A stretch of DNA of 64,000 bases, taken from Blastocystis sp. Blastoise. Taxonomy: Eukaryota; Protista; Bigyra: Opalinata. Of this stretch, positions 15,185-28,700 are shown one piece after another; position 1 is the first letter of the stretch, and each line of letters opens with the position of its first letter. Location: contig JBBPEB010000032.1 of the NCBI GenBank assembly GCA_039096225.1, positions 1,089,934-1,153,933 on the forward strand, given 5' to 3'. Under the pieces are notes generated by a model that ran no database searches, was not told the origin of the DNA, and was given only the letters and a program-made list of their open reading frames with translations. The position numbers were made by a program, and so were the translations under genes.

Positions 15185-15263
<79 letters not shown>
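14300..15263 (+). pseudogene. Second ORF-less spliced unit, 5' exons
   Basis: Canonical introns, e.g. 14560-14593, 14887-14976, and one ending (TA)nTAG at 15263. Exons contain stops. Confidence 0.45.
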
Positions 15264-15264
<1 letters not shown>

Positions 15265-15269
15265 CAAAA

Positions 15270-17400
15270 CTTTTATATATTTGTTTTTATTCATTCTTAT
15301 TTTCTCCTCTTGTCCTTAATTGGCCTTGTTCTCCTCTTCTCTCTTCCATTCATCTACTCTCTAGTTTTTACTCATTTTTATTCTTATACTCTTATGTTAC
15401 ATAAAACAGTTATTGTTTTTCTTAATATTACTTTATAGTATGTTTTATTTCATGTTCTTCTATTCTATATTCTAGTTTTTCCTTCACTTTCTTCTTTCCT
15501 CCATTAATTATTACTGGTTCTTCTTCTCCTATCATTACCTACTCTCTTCATTTCAATCTCTTTATCATGATTGTCTTCTTTTTCATTTCCTTCAACTCTT
15601 CCTTTTCCTACTCTTCTTCTTTATTTCCTTCTATATTATTACTTCTTTTTCTCATCTTCTTCCAATTATACTTTCCTTATTCTTTATTCCTTTTAATTCT
15701 CATCTACACATTGTTTCTATTTTCCTTCTTCTTCTATATATCCTTATTTTTTGTCTCCTTGTTCATTCCTTTCTCGTTCTTTTTCATCTATTTATCCTTC
15801 TTCTATTTATTTTAATTCTGAATCACCTTCTCTCTATCTCTTTCTGTTTCTTCTTCTTTTATTTAATCTTATTTTTCTTCTGGTCCTTCTTGTCTTCTTT
15901 TTCTTCTCCTTCTCTTTCTGTATATCCTTCTTCTATATATTCTTTATCTTCTATCTTCTTCATCTGTATTTTCTCTTTTATGTATCCTTATTCTTATTCT
16001 ACATTTTCTCCATATCATTCTCCTCCTATATCTTCTATACCTCCTTTATCTCCTTATTCTTCGTCTATGTCTTCTATTCTTCTTCATCTTTTTTCTTCTT
16101 CTATATATATATTCTACTTATTCTTCTCTATCCTTGTCTATATATCTTTCTTCTATATTTTCTGCATCTACTTCTTCTTCTATATCTTCTATTTATCATT
16201 ATTTTCCAACATATTTTTCTATTGTACTTCTTCTTTTCTCTTCCTTCTCCTTCTTTTCTATATCTTCTGTTTATCTTATTCTTCGTCTATATATAATTAT
16301 TCTCTTTATTCTTCTTCTTTATATATATATTCTTCTTTTTCGATATATTCTTTTTTTTTTTCGTTCTTTTCCTTGTTCTCCTTCTCAATCTCCTTCTCTT
16401 CATTGATATCCTTCTTCTTCTTCTATTCATCTTTTTCTCCTTCTTCTTCTTCTTCTTCTTCTTCTTCTTCTTCTTCTTCTTCTTCTTCTTCTCCTTCTTC
16501 TCCTTCTCCTTCTCCTTCTCCTTCTCCTTCTTCTACTTCTCCTTCTCCTTCTTCTTCTCCTTCTTCTTCTATTCATCATCATCTTCTTCTTCTTCTATTC
16601 ATCTTTCTTCTTCTTCTTCATTTAATCCTTCTTCTTCTTCATTTAATCATTCTTCTCCTCCTCTGTCTTCTTCTTCTATTTATCCTTCTTCTCTTTCTAT
16701 TCTCCTATATATCCTTTATCTCCTGTTTTTCCTTCTCAATCTCCTTCTCTATATCTCTTTCTTTTTCTTCTATTTATCCTTTTTCCACTTTTTCTATATC
16801 TTTTGCTTCTTATCTTTCTATATCTTCTCTATATCATTCCTCTCCTTCTTCTTCAGCATCTTCTTTTTAAATCTTATAATTATTTTCTCTTTTCTGTTTT
16901 TCTCATTTTATTCCATTTCATCTATTTTTCTATATCTCATTATTTTCAATATTTATTATACAGAATATTATTTATATTTAATGTTTTTCACTTTCATACT
17001 CTTTTTCTAATATTATATTTTATCATTCTCCTACATCTTCACTTGTTCTTCTTATGTGTATTCTCCTCATATTTTTATTTCTTTTCTAATAGATTTTCCT
17101 TTATAGTTCTTCTAACTCTTCTCTACCTTCTTTCTTCTTTTTCTCTTCTACATGATTTTCTATTCTTCATCTTTCTTTTTTCTTTTTTATCTTCTTATCT
17201 TATTATCTATATGTGCTTCCTCTTCCCCTAATTCTTCTTTATACATATAAATTCTTTTCGCTCTTTATCCTTCTAATCAATTCCTTATTCTCATTTAATT
17301 AATATTATTCTTCTTCTTAATTTATTTTCCCTTATTCTCCTTATTCTTGTCTTCAATTTTTTTCTATATTCAATTCTTATTTTTCATTATCTTTTATATC
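15270..17400 (+). repeat. ~2.1-kb polypyrimidine-skewed low-complexity tract (TTC/TCCTTC)
   Basis: The + strand is overwhelmingly T/C, the compositional mirror of 2230-9100. Confidence 0.85.
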
Positions 17401-17625
17401 TATATATATATATATATATATACATACTTCTCTTCATATTTTAATTATTTCTATCTGTTATACTTATTAATATAATATTTATTTTTATTAATAAAAAGAT
17501 TTTCCCATTTTTATTTCTTATTTATATTTCTTATTTCATTAATTTATATATATATATATATATATTAATATATATATATATTGGATATTATGTATTTTAA
17601 TATTATTATCATTATTATTATTACT

Positions 17626-17692
17626 CTTATGCTCTATAAGGTGAGAGGCTATCATAATTAGATAGCAATCAGGTTCAACTCCTGACATAAGT
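17626..17692 (+). ncRNA. Non-canonical tRNA-like cloverleaf, copy 2 (central loop triplet AAT)
   Basis: CTTATG/CATAAG acceptor; CTCT-ATAAGGTG-AGAG D-arm; 6-bp GCTATC-ATAATTA-GATAGC arm; 2-nt variable loop; TCAGG-TTCAACT-CCTGA T-arm. Confidence 0.8.
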
Positions 17693-19038
17693 CATTCCTT
17701 ATATATATATATATTGATATTTTATTTAATAAACATTTTAATTATATGTTCTTTTTACACTTATGAATGCATTTATTAAATTATTTATAGCTCTTCATCC
17801 TTCAAAACTTCATAGTTTCTGAAATGAGTTGTAATCTGTTTTATTCTCAACAGTGTAGCTTATTCGAAATATGTTAGAATTGAGTTAAATGCAGTTTTAA
17901 AACTTAGATTCATTTTTTATTTTCAAAATATACTCAAATACAGAGTTTATTTAGCAATCATTAATACTTTAACAACTGTAGTTTATTATTTTAAACTGAA
18001 TTCTGGTCAGTATGCTCAACATAAGCAACCAAACACAATACATACGCATTCATGATTTTTAAACAACATTTTCCATTTCGACATTTACTTGATCCAGAAT
18101 AAAACTATCTTTCCTTTTGATATAGTATAGAGAAACTAATACCATATACCAAACAAAACTTGTTAACATGAATCTCGTCATCTATTAAATATTTTTCTTA
18201 ATCAATTCACAGTTCATACTCTTAAAACAGTTATTTGAGATTAATATTTATATATTTGTCTTTAAACAATATTTTCATGACACTGTAATAGTATATATGA
18301 AAATACAAAGAATCAAGAAATCTGTTAATTATCAAAAAATAAGTTCTATTTTCTTAAAACATCTTTATAAGATTTATAAACTCATATAATATAAATATAT
18401 AGATCTTATATAAAGTATTCATTGAATTAACTAATTTGTCAGTAAATTAAAAGTATGTTATATAAGGTAATTCTATGTTATCTTTTTTAATCAGGTTTAT
18501 CTTATAGTTGTTCATCGCTTATACGTCTGCTAATCTTATTTTTTAAAACAATTACAGACAATTATGTTATGTTCCTTGTCTATTAAGTTATTTTATTGAA
18601 TTAATAGTATAAATACAGGGTATATAACAAAACAAATGTGTATATTAGTTAAAATAAGACATAAATATAAATAAAGAAAAATAGATAAAATTGCCAATAA
18701 GCAAATTCAAGGAATAATATAGTACAACAAATGAATTTCTAATAGAAACTTAAAAATCGATTGATTGGATCAAATAGTCAAATCGTAACGTCATAATATG
18801 AATTATTCTTTTATTTTTTTGTTAATTTAAATTCTAGAAATACATCTAATAAACACGGTTATTATATAAATTAATACGATTGGACAATGAAATCAAAATG
18901 TTAACAGATACTTTTGGGTATTTCTACCAAATCATACAAAAAATTGGGTATGTATACAAATCAATAGGGAAATCTGGGTATTTCTAACATTTTTCCATCT
19001 AATTAATATTGACAAATACATATAAACATATATATATA

Positions 19039-19709
19039 CAAAAATATCGTTTTTTTTTCTGTTTTTCTTTTGATATTATTTCTTCTCCATTCTTTAATTC
19101 AAATCCAAAGAATGAATTAAACATACATTTATTGACTTTATCAGCAAATGCTGATCTTACTTCTTTTATTATTAGATAATCATCAACTTTTTCTGTAGAA
19201 TAGAATAAAATAAAATATTTCTTTATTATATTTATTATTAAAATATATAACCAATTGTCAACATCCAGTCTATTTGAGTCAGGAAAGTGTTTAAACATGT
19301 ATCTTGCTTGTAAACGTATTTTTTCATCAAGTATATATGGAATATATAACAATAATTTCTATAATATATTGACAATTAAATATTAATAAATATACTTTAA
19401 TTTTCTTTGATGTTATTTTTATAGAACTGATATTAATTCCTTCTTTTAGTGCTAGTCTTCTTAGGACAACCTCTAAATCATTTGTTAAATAACTTTTATT
19501 AAACGACTCTATATAATATTATAATAATGTAAAATAATATATAGTACCTTTTATGCCTGGAAATCTGATAGAATAGTAAAATTCTTTCACGGCATGCATA
19601 ATCATCATTTTAAACTTCCTAACTTTTTGTATTTCTGCCTTACTCAGTGTTATAGTGTTACTTTATAAAAAATATTAAACTAAAATAGATTCTTAATAAC
19701 ATACACCAT
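19039..19709 (-). CDS. Exons 1-4 of a ~230-aa hypothetical protein divergent from the CACTA transposase (candidate accessory gene)
   Basis: ATG at 19709. Three GT-AG introns splice in phase to give MVNTITLSKAEIQKVRKFK...ESFNKSYL...KLLLYIPYILDEK..., merging with ORF 18999..19352. Confidence 0.65.
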
Positions 19710-19761
19710 ATTCTAAAAAGAAAAAAAAAGCAAAAACAATTTAGAATTTTATTTACTTTGA

Positions 19762-21020
19762 ATGGCAACAAGAGGATTTGGTTCACAAGGCTATAAAGCC
19801 AAACGAAAAAGTAATTTAATTATTATTATAACTATATATCTAGATATTTCAGTTGCAGATCTGAATGATGGATCTCATCATCATATGTTTAATGAAGAAT
19901 CTAATGATTATAGTAGTATAGAAACTAATGACTTTAATGAAGAACCAAATAAAACCATAAAAGAGTCACTGATAGAAAACATAATTGTATTTATATAACT
20001 CATTATTACTAGAAGTATTATGATTAATTATATATTATATGTATAGTATTCAAAAAATTGTATAAAAGAAACAGAAAATAGAAGAGTAGAAGAAGAAATA
20101 TATTCTTGTTGGCGTTCCTTAACAATAAGTAAAGCTAAGATTAGAAATATATACAAATTAGTTAACTCTATTCAGAAACTAGCAGCACCTCAAAGTATTC
20201 CTATTCCAATTCCTAATCATGGTCAGGATATGATAAGAAAATATTGTACCACTCACAGTGAAACACCTATACATAAAAATATATATATATGTAATAAATG
20301 TAATGAGTTACTTGGATTCAATAGTGGAAGAAATTTGATACCTTTAAACGAAATAAAATGTCAAAATGAAGAATGTAATATGAATATTGGTATGCTTATA
20401 TATATATATATATATATTATACATATATATATATTATACATATTACACATATTATACATATTATACATATTATACATATTATATGGCTATAATATATCTA
20501 TTGTATACCTATTATATATCTATTATGTATCTATAATATATTTATTATATATCTAATATATGTCTATTATATGGCTATAATATATCTATTGTATACCTAT
20601 TATATATTTATTATATATCTATTATATATCTATTATATATCTAATATATGTCTATTATATGGCTATAATATATCTATTGTATATCTATTATATATTTATT
20701 ATGTACCTATAATATATCTATTGCATATCTAATATATGTCTATTATATGGCTATAATATATCCATTGCATATCTAATATATGTCTATTATATGGCTATTA
20801 TATATCTATTATATATCTAATATATGTCTATTATATGGCTATAATATATCTATTGTATATCTAATATATGTCTATTATATGGCTATAATATATCTATTGT
20901 ATATCTATTATATATTTATTATATATTTATTATATATCTATTATACATCTATTATATATCTATTATACATCTATTATGTACCTATAATATATCTATTATA
21001 CATCTATTATGTATTTATTG

Positions 21021-21115
<95 letters not shown>

Positions 21116-23659
21116 AACAAAGGTAACTATCTTACCAATAATTCCAAGGATTCGATTCTTGTTATCTTCAAAAAGACTAATACATGATATATCATATTAT
21201 ACTAAAGAGGAAATAATTAGTATTCTTCAGAATGAAAGTGTTTCTTTGAATCAAATTCCTTTATTCATGACAGGTATAAATTTCAAGAAATCTATAAATG
21301 ATATTATTAATAAAGGTGACATTTTTCTTGTTTTCAGTATGACCTGTGATGGAATATCACCCTTTTCAGATCCTGTCTCAGATGAGAATCTATCTTCATT
21401 TCCTATTCTTATAAAGTTGCTGAACTATAAAGAAATAAGAGAAGCAGATCATCGTAAGTTTTGGACGTATAGTGTCACAAAGGAATCATTCTCATCTTCA
21501 ATATTTGATATATTAGTAGAAGAATTTAAAATCCTATATAAAGGGATAGAGATGGATGTTTGTATAAATGATAGAATAGAAAAGAAAACAGTAATTGGAT
21601 TATTATTACATACATATGGAGACTGTGCTGCCATTACGAAAGTTGCAAACTTTACAGGATCCTCATCCCTTTATCCATGTAGATGTTGTGAGTTAAGATG
21701 GTGCAGAAAGCAAAAACATTTTCATCAAGGCATAAAATGTACATATAAAGAAGTCAAGAAATATGTACATACAAATAACACGAAAAAATCAGTAACAAGT
21801 ATAAACTATCCATCAGCCGTATTATTAAATAATAAATCTACTCCCTATTCTATACTACCACAAATGAAGGATTATCATACATCAAATGATACTATTATTG
21901 AAAGACTACCCAGGAAGGATTCTTTTAAAGATTCGCTTAAATTAGTAGAGTATCCATTAAGAACAAAAATATCAATTCAGAAAAATAGAAATTCATGTAG
22001 TGATTGTGTATCTTTCAAAGGTATGAAGAAAATTCCAGGTATTCTAGAAAAACTTCCATATTTCGATCCATCAACTTGCTATTGCATCGATACGATGCAC
22101 TTGTTCAATAATGTTTCTACGCTAATTATTAATTTGCTGTTTGGTTTTAATACTAAACAATATGCTAATAAATTATCCAGGAAATATTTCAGTAACGGAG
22201 AGAAGTATATTAAACATTTTTCATTAAATCCTACAAATATGTCCATTATTGAGTCTCGTATATCATCTATTAATACGTTATATAATAAAAATGAATATGA
22301 GTTCAGATATATATTAGATGAAAAGAAATATTATAATATGTCATCACATACAAGAATCTTCTTCGTATCATGTATACTACCACTAATAACCCTAGACTTT
22401 AGTAATGTTGATTCACCAATAATATTATTAATAGATCCTCTAGCTACAATAATATATCAGGCATTTTCATATAATGGTAATACTCCCAGCGCTTTATTGA
22501 ACATATTTAAAGATCAATGTTCTCTATTCTGTTTTCTTTGTGAACTATTGTTACCAAGAGAAATTATAAACTCTCAAATTCATCTTATGAAACACTTACC
22601 TGAAACAATTATAAATTCAGGATCTTTAATATACTCTTCCACCTATGAATCTGAACGTTTCTACTCATTTCTTAAACGATCTACTTACGGAAGAAAAAGA
22701 TTTAATGAATCATGTATTAGAGTAATAATAGAAAAGGAGGTTACCGATATTAACTTAACTGATAATTTAGAGGATATAAATGAAGATAATATAGTAAATG
22801 ATATATTAATTGCTGAACATAATAATGATAATGAAAATGATTTTCTTTCTCGAGAGGACACATTTGAAGGTTTTACTAATATTCATATTAATCGAGGAGA
22901 AATAAATGTAGTAAAGGGTTTGCGTGCTTCTCCAAATATTGATTTATCTGAATCACAAATAAAGGAAATAATTTATATTCTATTATCATCACCTAATGAC
23001 TTTGTTAATATGGCACTTCTCCCTAATGTAGATATAAACAGTTATATAAATATTTCAAGTTGTCTTGAAGATCATTCAGTTTTTCAAACATTACTTCTAA
23101 ACTTCAAAAAGATACCTATTGTTTTTTACTCAGAAGTATTAATTAATGAAACCAAAGTATTTTCTTCTTCAGGAGTTGATGAAGGTATTGAACGACAAGA
23201 TAATTCATATATAATGTATAATACGTATGATAGTGGAGAAGAACAGCAAACTCATCTTATTAAAGCACTAAACTATATTCAAATTGGTCCTTTTATATTG
23301 ATCCAGAAACACGAGTATCCATTAGCTCGTATGTCACGAACTAGATTATATTATATTATAAATGATTCTAATAGACAAATTCCAAGAACATCTAAATACT
23401 CAACATCTTTCATTGATATTTCCAATATAATTCCAGAAAATTTAATTATAGTAGACATTCATAATAATAAGATTATGGAGAGTGACGCTTCTTATGAAGA
23501 ACCATCAGTATATAATATATATATATATATATATATAGAATATATATATATAATATATAGATAAGGAGTAAAAGAAGTATTATAAGAACTGAATTTGTTT
23601 CAGCAAACTCAGTCATTACTAGCACAGTATTTATGCCACGTTACTGTAGATCATTATAA
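19762..23659 (+). CDS. CACTA/EnSpm (TnpD-like, Transposase_21-type) DDE transposase, apparently intact, 5 exons
   Basis: Introns 19811-19843, 19987-20046, 20390-21114 and 23508-23560 splice in frame. Motifs CNKC..CQNEEC, MTCDGISPF, GDCAAITKV...YPCRCC, IDTMHL, HLMKHL...GSL...YESERF. Confidence 0.9.
20410..21114 (+). repeat. Intronic minisatellite (TATTATATGGCTATAATATATCTATTG-type units), short ATATTATACAT repeats and (TA)n
   Basis: Repeats directly visible within transposase intron 3. Confidence 0.8.
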
Positions 23660-23899
23660 GATACTTGATCGTTTATAGAGTGTTAAACACCATATTTGTA
23701 TAAGAGCTTTTAGCTATATATATATATTCTTTTTTAATTGTTTTCTTTATATTTTTATGTATTAAATTTTTGAATCTTATATCATCTATATTATGTAATA
23801 TTTTAAATTAGATAATTATTGTTTTGAATAATACCATTTATTGAGGTAACAATAATATCAAAATTACCAACTGATATAATATTTAAAATTAAATATATG

Positions 23900-25140
23900 A
23901 GATAACTTTAATCAATTAAAGAATTATAGTGTAGGGAAGAGCTGACAATTTTTATGTATCATATCACAAGAGTCTGAAAAATTTGAAATTTCTTGAATCT
24001 TATTGGGATGATTGATATACATATAGAAGGATATTATAATATAAAAGAATGAGAATTAACCTTAAATACGATGATACATATGAAATAAATAGTAGCTGGA
24101 ATAAGAGTATATAATAATCATAGAGTATATAATGATTCTTAAAGACTTGAAAAAGTCATATAGTAGAAGATTAAAAATATTTAAACAAAAACATTACATA
24201 TAATCATCAACCTAGAAGTCATAAACATAAGTAATGACTTGATATTGCGATTGAAGAATAAGAACAGAGGATATAACAAGTACTCGACATGTAGTTGATT
24301 ATATGTATGATGATATAGGCTAAAATAATATATTTTGTTCAATAACCATAATATTATTGATAAAACTAATGATAAAACAAAATAATATAAGAGGACACAA
24401 TAATGAGAAGATCATAACGTAATTCAATAAAATATAAGATATGACAAAAATTGACGAAGGTATTACAGTTTATAAGAAATCATAGTAAGTAAATAGAATA
24501 TATTAAATATGTAATAGTAATTTGAATAGTATGATATATCATATATATAAGGGTAATAATGAAGTTAAGCATGATAAAACGTTAATTCAACTCATTAATG
24601 AATTAATGTTAGTATATGAAGTTTGCTAAATGTACAAAGATGGATTCAACAATGATAATGAAAAGTTTAATAGAAATAATTTCAAATATATAGAAATTCT
24701 GTTAAATATACATCTATATATGATAGTTAAGATAATAAAGAATAATAATAATTTCTAATATCTTATTGATAACTGTATTCTTTATATATTATTATCATTA
24801 TCCATTCAGCAATTATATCATTTATTAGTCATATATAACATCATTTTTATGATAACATAATCAAACAAAAATATGTTCTTTTTTGATAATCGATATTATA
24901 TTTTAGTATCATAACATAGCATCGATTTCTGTTTAATAATTAAAACGGCATAATTACTATAGTATAATACTATAGTTTTAAAAGCAAACTTAAAGAATCA
25001 GAAAAGAAGAAAAATGAAGAAAAAAAATAATAAGAATAAAGTATCTTCTAGATCTATATGATTATTACTTTTTCACATTGATAATTCTAAACACCAAATT
25101 TGAATATTTGAACATTTGTTATTGTATTCATTAGTAGAAA
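23900..25140 (-). pseudogene. Decayed coding-like sequence, unidentified
   Basis: Coding-like composition continuing from the Cys-rich exon, with many stops and frameshifts. Confidence 0.3.
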
Positions 25141-25145
25141 TGTTT

Positions 25146-25759
25146 CTACGCTACTATTGCCTTTGAAGTGAAAGATATACATGTAGAATCAGGACATCTT
25201 AATTGATTGTTCATACATCCATAAGTAATAGGACATGTTAATCTACAAATACCATCTGAACATAATTGATATGTAGATATAAAACAACTATATGTATTAT
25301 TATTTGAATATAGAATATGAATAAAAATAGATAATGTAGTAGAATCATAATGAATATTAATTTGATTTGATTTTTCTTTAGAATAAATAGAATAATCATA
25401 ATAATGATAAGGTGAATAAATAGATCTTCCTACTTGTTGTCCTGATGGTGATATAAATATAGAATTACAATCCATATTGATATATACACAAATACCATTA
25501 GGACATCTTTTAGGAGATGTAGTAGGACAAGGAGGAATAGGAGGACAAAGAGAAATATCACGAAAAGATCCATCAGGACATAATGTAATAGAAGAAAAAG
25601 AAAGAGGAGAAGGAGAAGGAAGAGATGAAAATAATGTTATATTTAATGTTTCACAATAAAGAGGAGAAGATACACATAAATCATTATAACAATGATAAGG
25701 AAGATTCTCAGGACAATTTGATAGTAATGGACAATCACCTTCATTTAATACACATGTAC
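25146..25759 (-). pseudogene. Exon fragment of a Cys-rich repeat (CPDG/CPxxCxxGxC) surface-type protein
   Basis: Open frame after a TTTTATAG acceptor (ending 25760): TCVLNEGDCPLLSNCPENLPYHCYNDLC...CPDGSF...CPNGIC...CSDGICRLTCP...RCPDSTC. No matching upstream exon. Confidence 0.7.
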
Positions 25760-25776
25760 CTATAAAATATTTTTTA

Positions 25777-28700
25777 TTATATAATTATTTTTATTATATT
25801 ATCATTATCATTATCTTCTTGAACAACTAAAATCTCTTCAAAATAATTTGGTAATGATTCTAATAAATGTATAAAATCTTTATGAATAGGATTATATACT
25901 TGTAATTGATTTATTAAAAAATCATCTAACCATCTTCTTTCATTCTCTTCAAATATACTATATATATTATATACTATCTCATTCTCTATATTATATAATC
26001 TCTCTTTCTTATTCTTCTCTTCTATATATCGATTAAACATATCATTCAATTCTTCTATTGTAGATCCATATAAAAATACTGGATAGATATCTTTACATAT
26101 ATATATCGAATATCCAATACCTATTGCTATTATTGGAATATATCGATTTATTAAATTATATAAATCTCTATATTCTTCTTCATAATTATATATATAATAA
26201 TTATCACTAAATATAAAAAGAAAAGAAGGAATAGATCGAGACAATAATAACGATGAAGCAATATTTATTGTATTATACATATTCATATTCATTTCTGATG
26301 GAGTCTCAAATATATAAAATAAACTAGAAAGAATAGAAGCAGACATCAATTCTTTAGATGATATTCCTGTTGCTATATATATACTCTCTTTATTATTTAT
26401 CCATATATCTATATATTCAATATTACATTCAGATAAACTATATAAAATTGTAAATATTATTTGAATAGAAAATAATATATTACTTATATTAAAAGCAATT
26501 GGAGAATTATCTATTATTATAGATATACTATAATTTCTCTTATCTCCTCGATTATATTTCTTAAATATCTTATATATATTATAAGGATCAATTAATGATT
26601 GTATATAATTCTTCATATAAATAGTTTCTCCAAAATATGAAGGAGACCATAAATTATTCTCATTAATAGGAAATAAAAAAGAAGAAAATAAATAAGTAAA
26701 TGAAAGAGGATGAATAGATTGAAGTAAAAAATTAAAATCAATACATGTATCTATATTAGGAAAATAAAATAATAATGAAGAAGATATAGAAGATATAGAA
26801 GATAAAGAAGATAAAGAAGATAAAGAAGATAATGATAATGATGATATTTTTGAATATAATAAATAATGAATAGATTGATTTGAAGAAGGAAATATAGGAT
26901 TCTTCATAAATGAAGATAATATAATATTCTTATTATTTAAAGAAGAATAAGAAATAGATGATATTAAAAAAGGAATATAAGAATAATTATGATTATCAAT
27001 ATTTATTTTCTTTCTATTTATATCTTCTATTGAATTCCAAAGAAAAGAAAGAAATGTATCTGATATTATAGATATAGAATCAATAGTAGTATTATAATGA
27101 GTAATATGAGAAGGAAATAAAGAATTCAATGAGATTTCAAGTTCTTTCTCTTCTTGTATTGAAATATCATCATTCTTTATATGAAATATATATATTTTTG
27201 ATAAGATAGATCGAATCTGTTTATATATATTATCTTTAGGATATATACATAATTCAGATAAACAATCAGATATAAAAATACATGGAATATCTTCAGAAAG
27301 AAAATCTTCTATATTCGATTCTTTTATCTCTTTATGTATATATATAGATAAATAATGAAATGGAGAACAAATAAATTTAGATATTTTTGAAAGATCTAAG
27401 AAGAATGATATATATTCAAATAATGAAGATAAAGGATTTATTTGAATTCTATAGAAATGATCTTCAGTATAACAAATATATAATATCATTTCAATATGAA
27501 GTGATTTAAAAAATAAATAGAGAATACATAATAATAAAGAACGATAAGATCTCATTTTATATGTTATTGTAATTGATGAATCAATAAGTATACATATAGA
27601 AGAAATAAATATATTTTCTTTATTTTTATTATTTGATAGAAATATAAAGAAAGAAGAAAGCCATCGAGATATTAATGGACATAAGGATATTATATAATGA
27701 GAAAGTACTAAAGAAGAATCTTCATCAATTGTATGATTTTCTTTTTCTATTAATTTATAAGTTTTAATTGAAGATAAAAGTAATATAGGAATATAAGAAA
27801 AATATGAAATAGAAGATCGTTTAAAGAACATTTGATAATATTCAGAAATAGAAAATGAAATATATTCTTTAGGAATATCTATTGAAATGTAATTTTCTAT
27901 TTGATAAGTATAATTATTTAAACAAATATTTATATCATTTTTATTCTTATTATAAATATTTAAATCTCTTATTAAAATAATTTTATTATTATTTTGTTTA
28001 TTATTATTATTATTTTGTTTATTATTATTATTATTTTGTTTATTATTATTATTATTTTGTTTATTATTATTATTATATTCTAATATATATTCATCAATTA
28101 TTTGATTTTTTTCATCTAATTTATCTTTATTATTCAATTCATATTTACTATATTGATTATTGATCTTATATTCATCATATAATGGTAATGTATACCATAC
28201 ATCTTCCTTTAATAATCTATGAATACAAGATAAAATATTTTGAATCATCATAGAAAAGGATAAACAATAATAAATATCAGAAAATTCTTCTAATAAATTC
28301 ATTACTTTATTCATTTCTTCTTTATCTATTAACAATAAAAATTCACTATTATTAAGATAAAATAAAAGATCTATAAAGGATCTATTATTATATAAATATC
28401 GAATATTATTATTCTTTGAATAAAATAATTGTATAGAATCATATATAACAGAAGAACAAACATTAGTAGATCGTAATATAGGTTTTGAATGAGGATATTG
28501 AACAGGATCAGAAATATCAAATAAACGATTATTCTCTATATAAAATAAAGATTGAGTTCCTTGTGTCTTACTATTTAATAATATTGAACATCCTATAGGT
28601 TGTAATATATATTCATTATTTATAGGAAGTTTCTCTATATTCAAATTAATATTAGAATCATGAATTGTAGATATAGTCATTCTATCTTTATGAATCATTA

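Larger units (their letters stand above)
522..18996. mobile_element. Giant non-autonomous Mutator-like (Pack-MULE-type) element, ~18.5 kb
   Basis: Exact 9-bp direct repeat ATCTAATTA at 513-521 and 18997-19005. Termini GAGGCATTGTTAGAAATACCCA and (reverse complement) GGAAAAATGTTAGAAATACCCA. Subterminal TGKTAGAAATACCCA-like repeats x4 at 528-663 and inverted x3 at 18912-18990. A 9-bp TSD with G-terminal TIRs is typical of MULEs. Confidence 0.85.

Noticed and set aside
2230-17400. TAA/TAG-to-Gln genetic code reassignment to explain stop-rich coding-like regions
   Set aside because: Long intact ORFs (851, 1248, 745 aa) have no internal TAR, use CAA for Gln, and genes end in TAA. The decayed regions also contain TGA and frameshifts.
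23925-23931. TATAGTG as the right end of the autonomous CACTA element
   Set aside because: No subterminal repeats or partner end are visible, and it is a likely chance match in AT-rich DNA.
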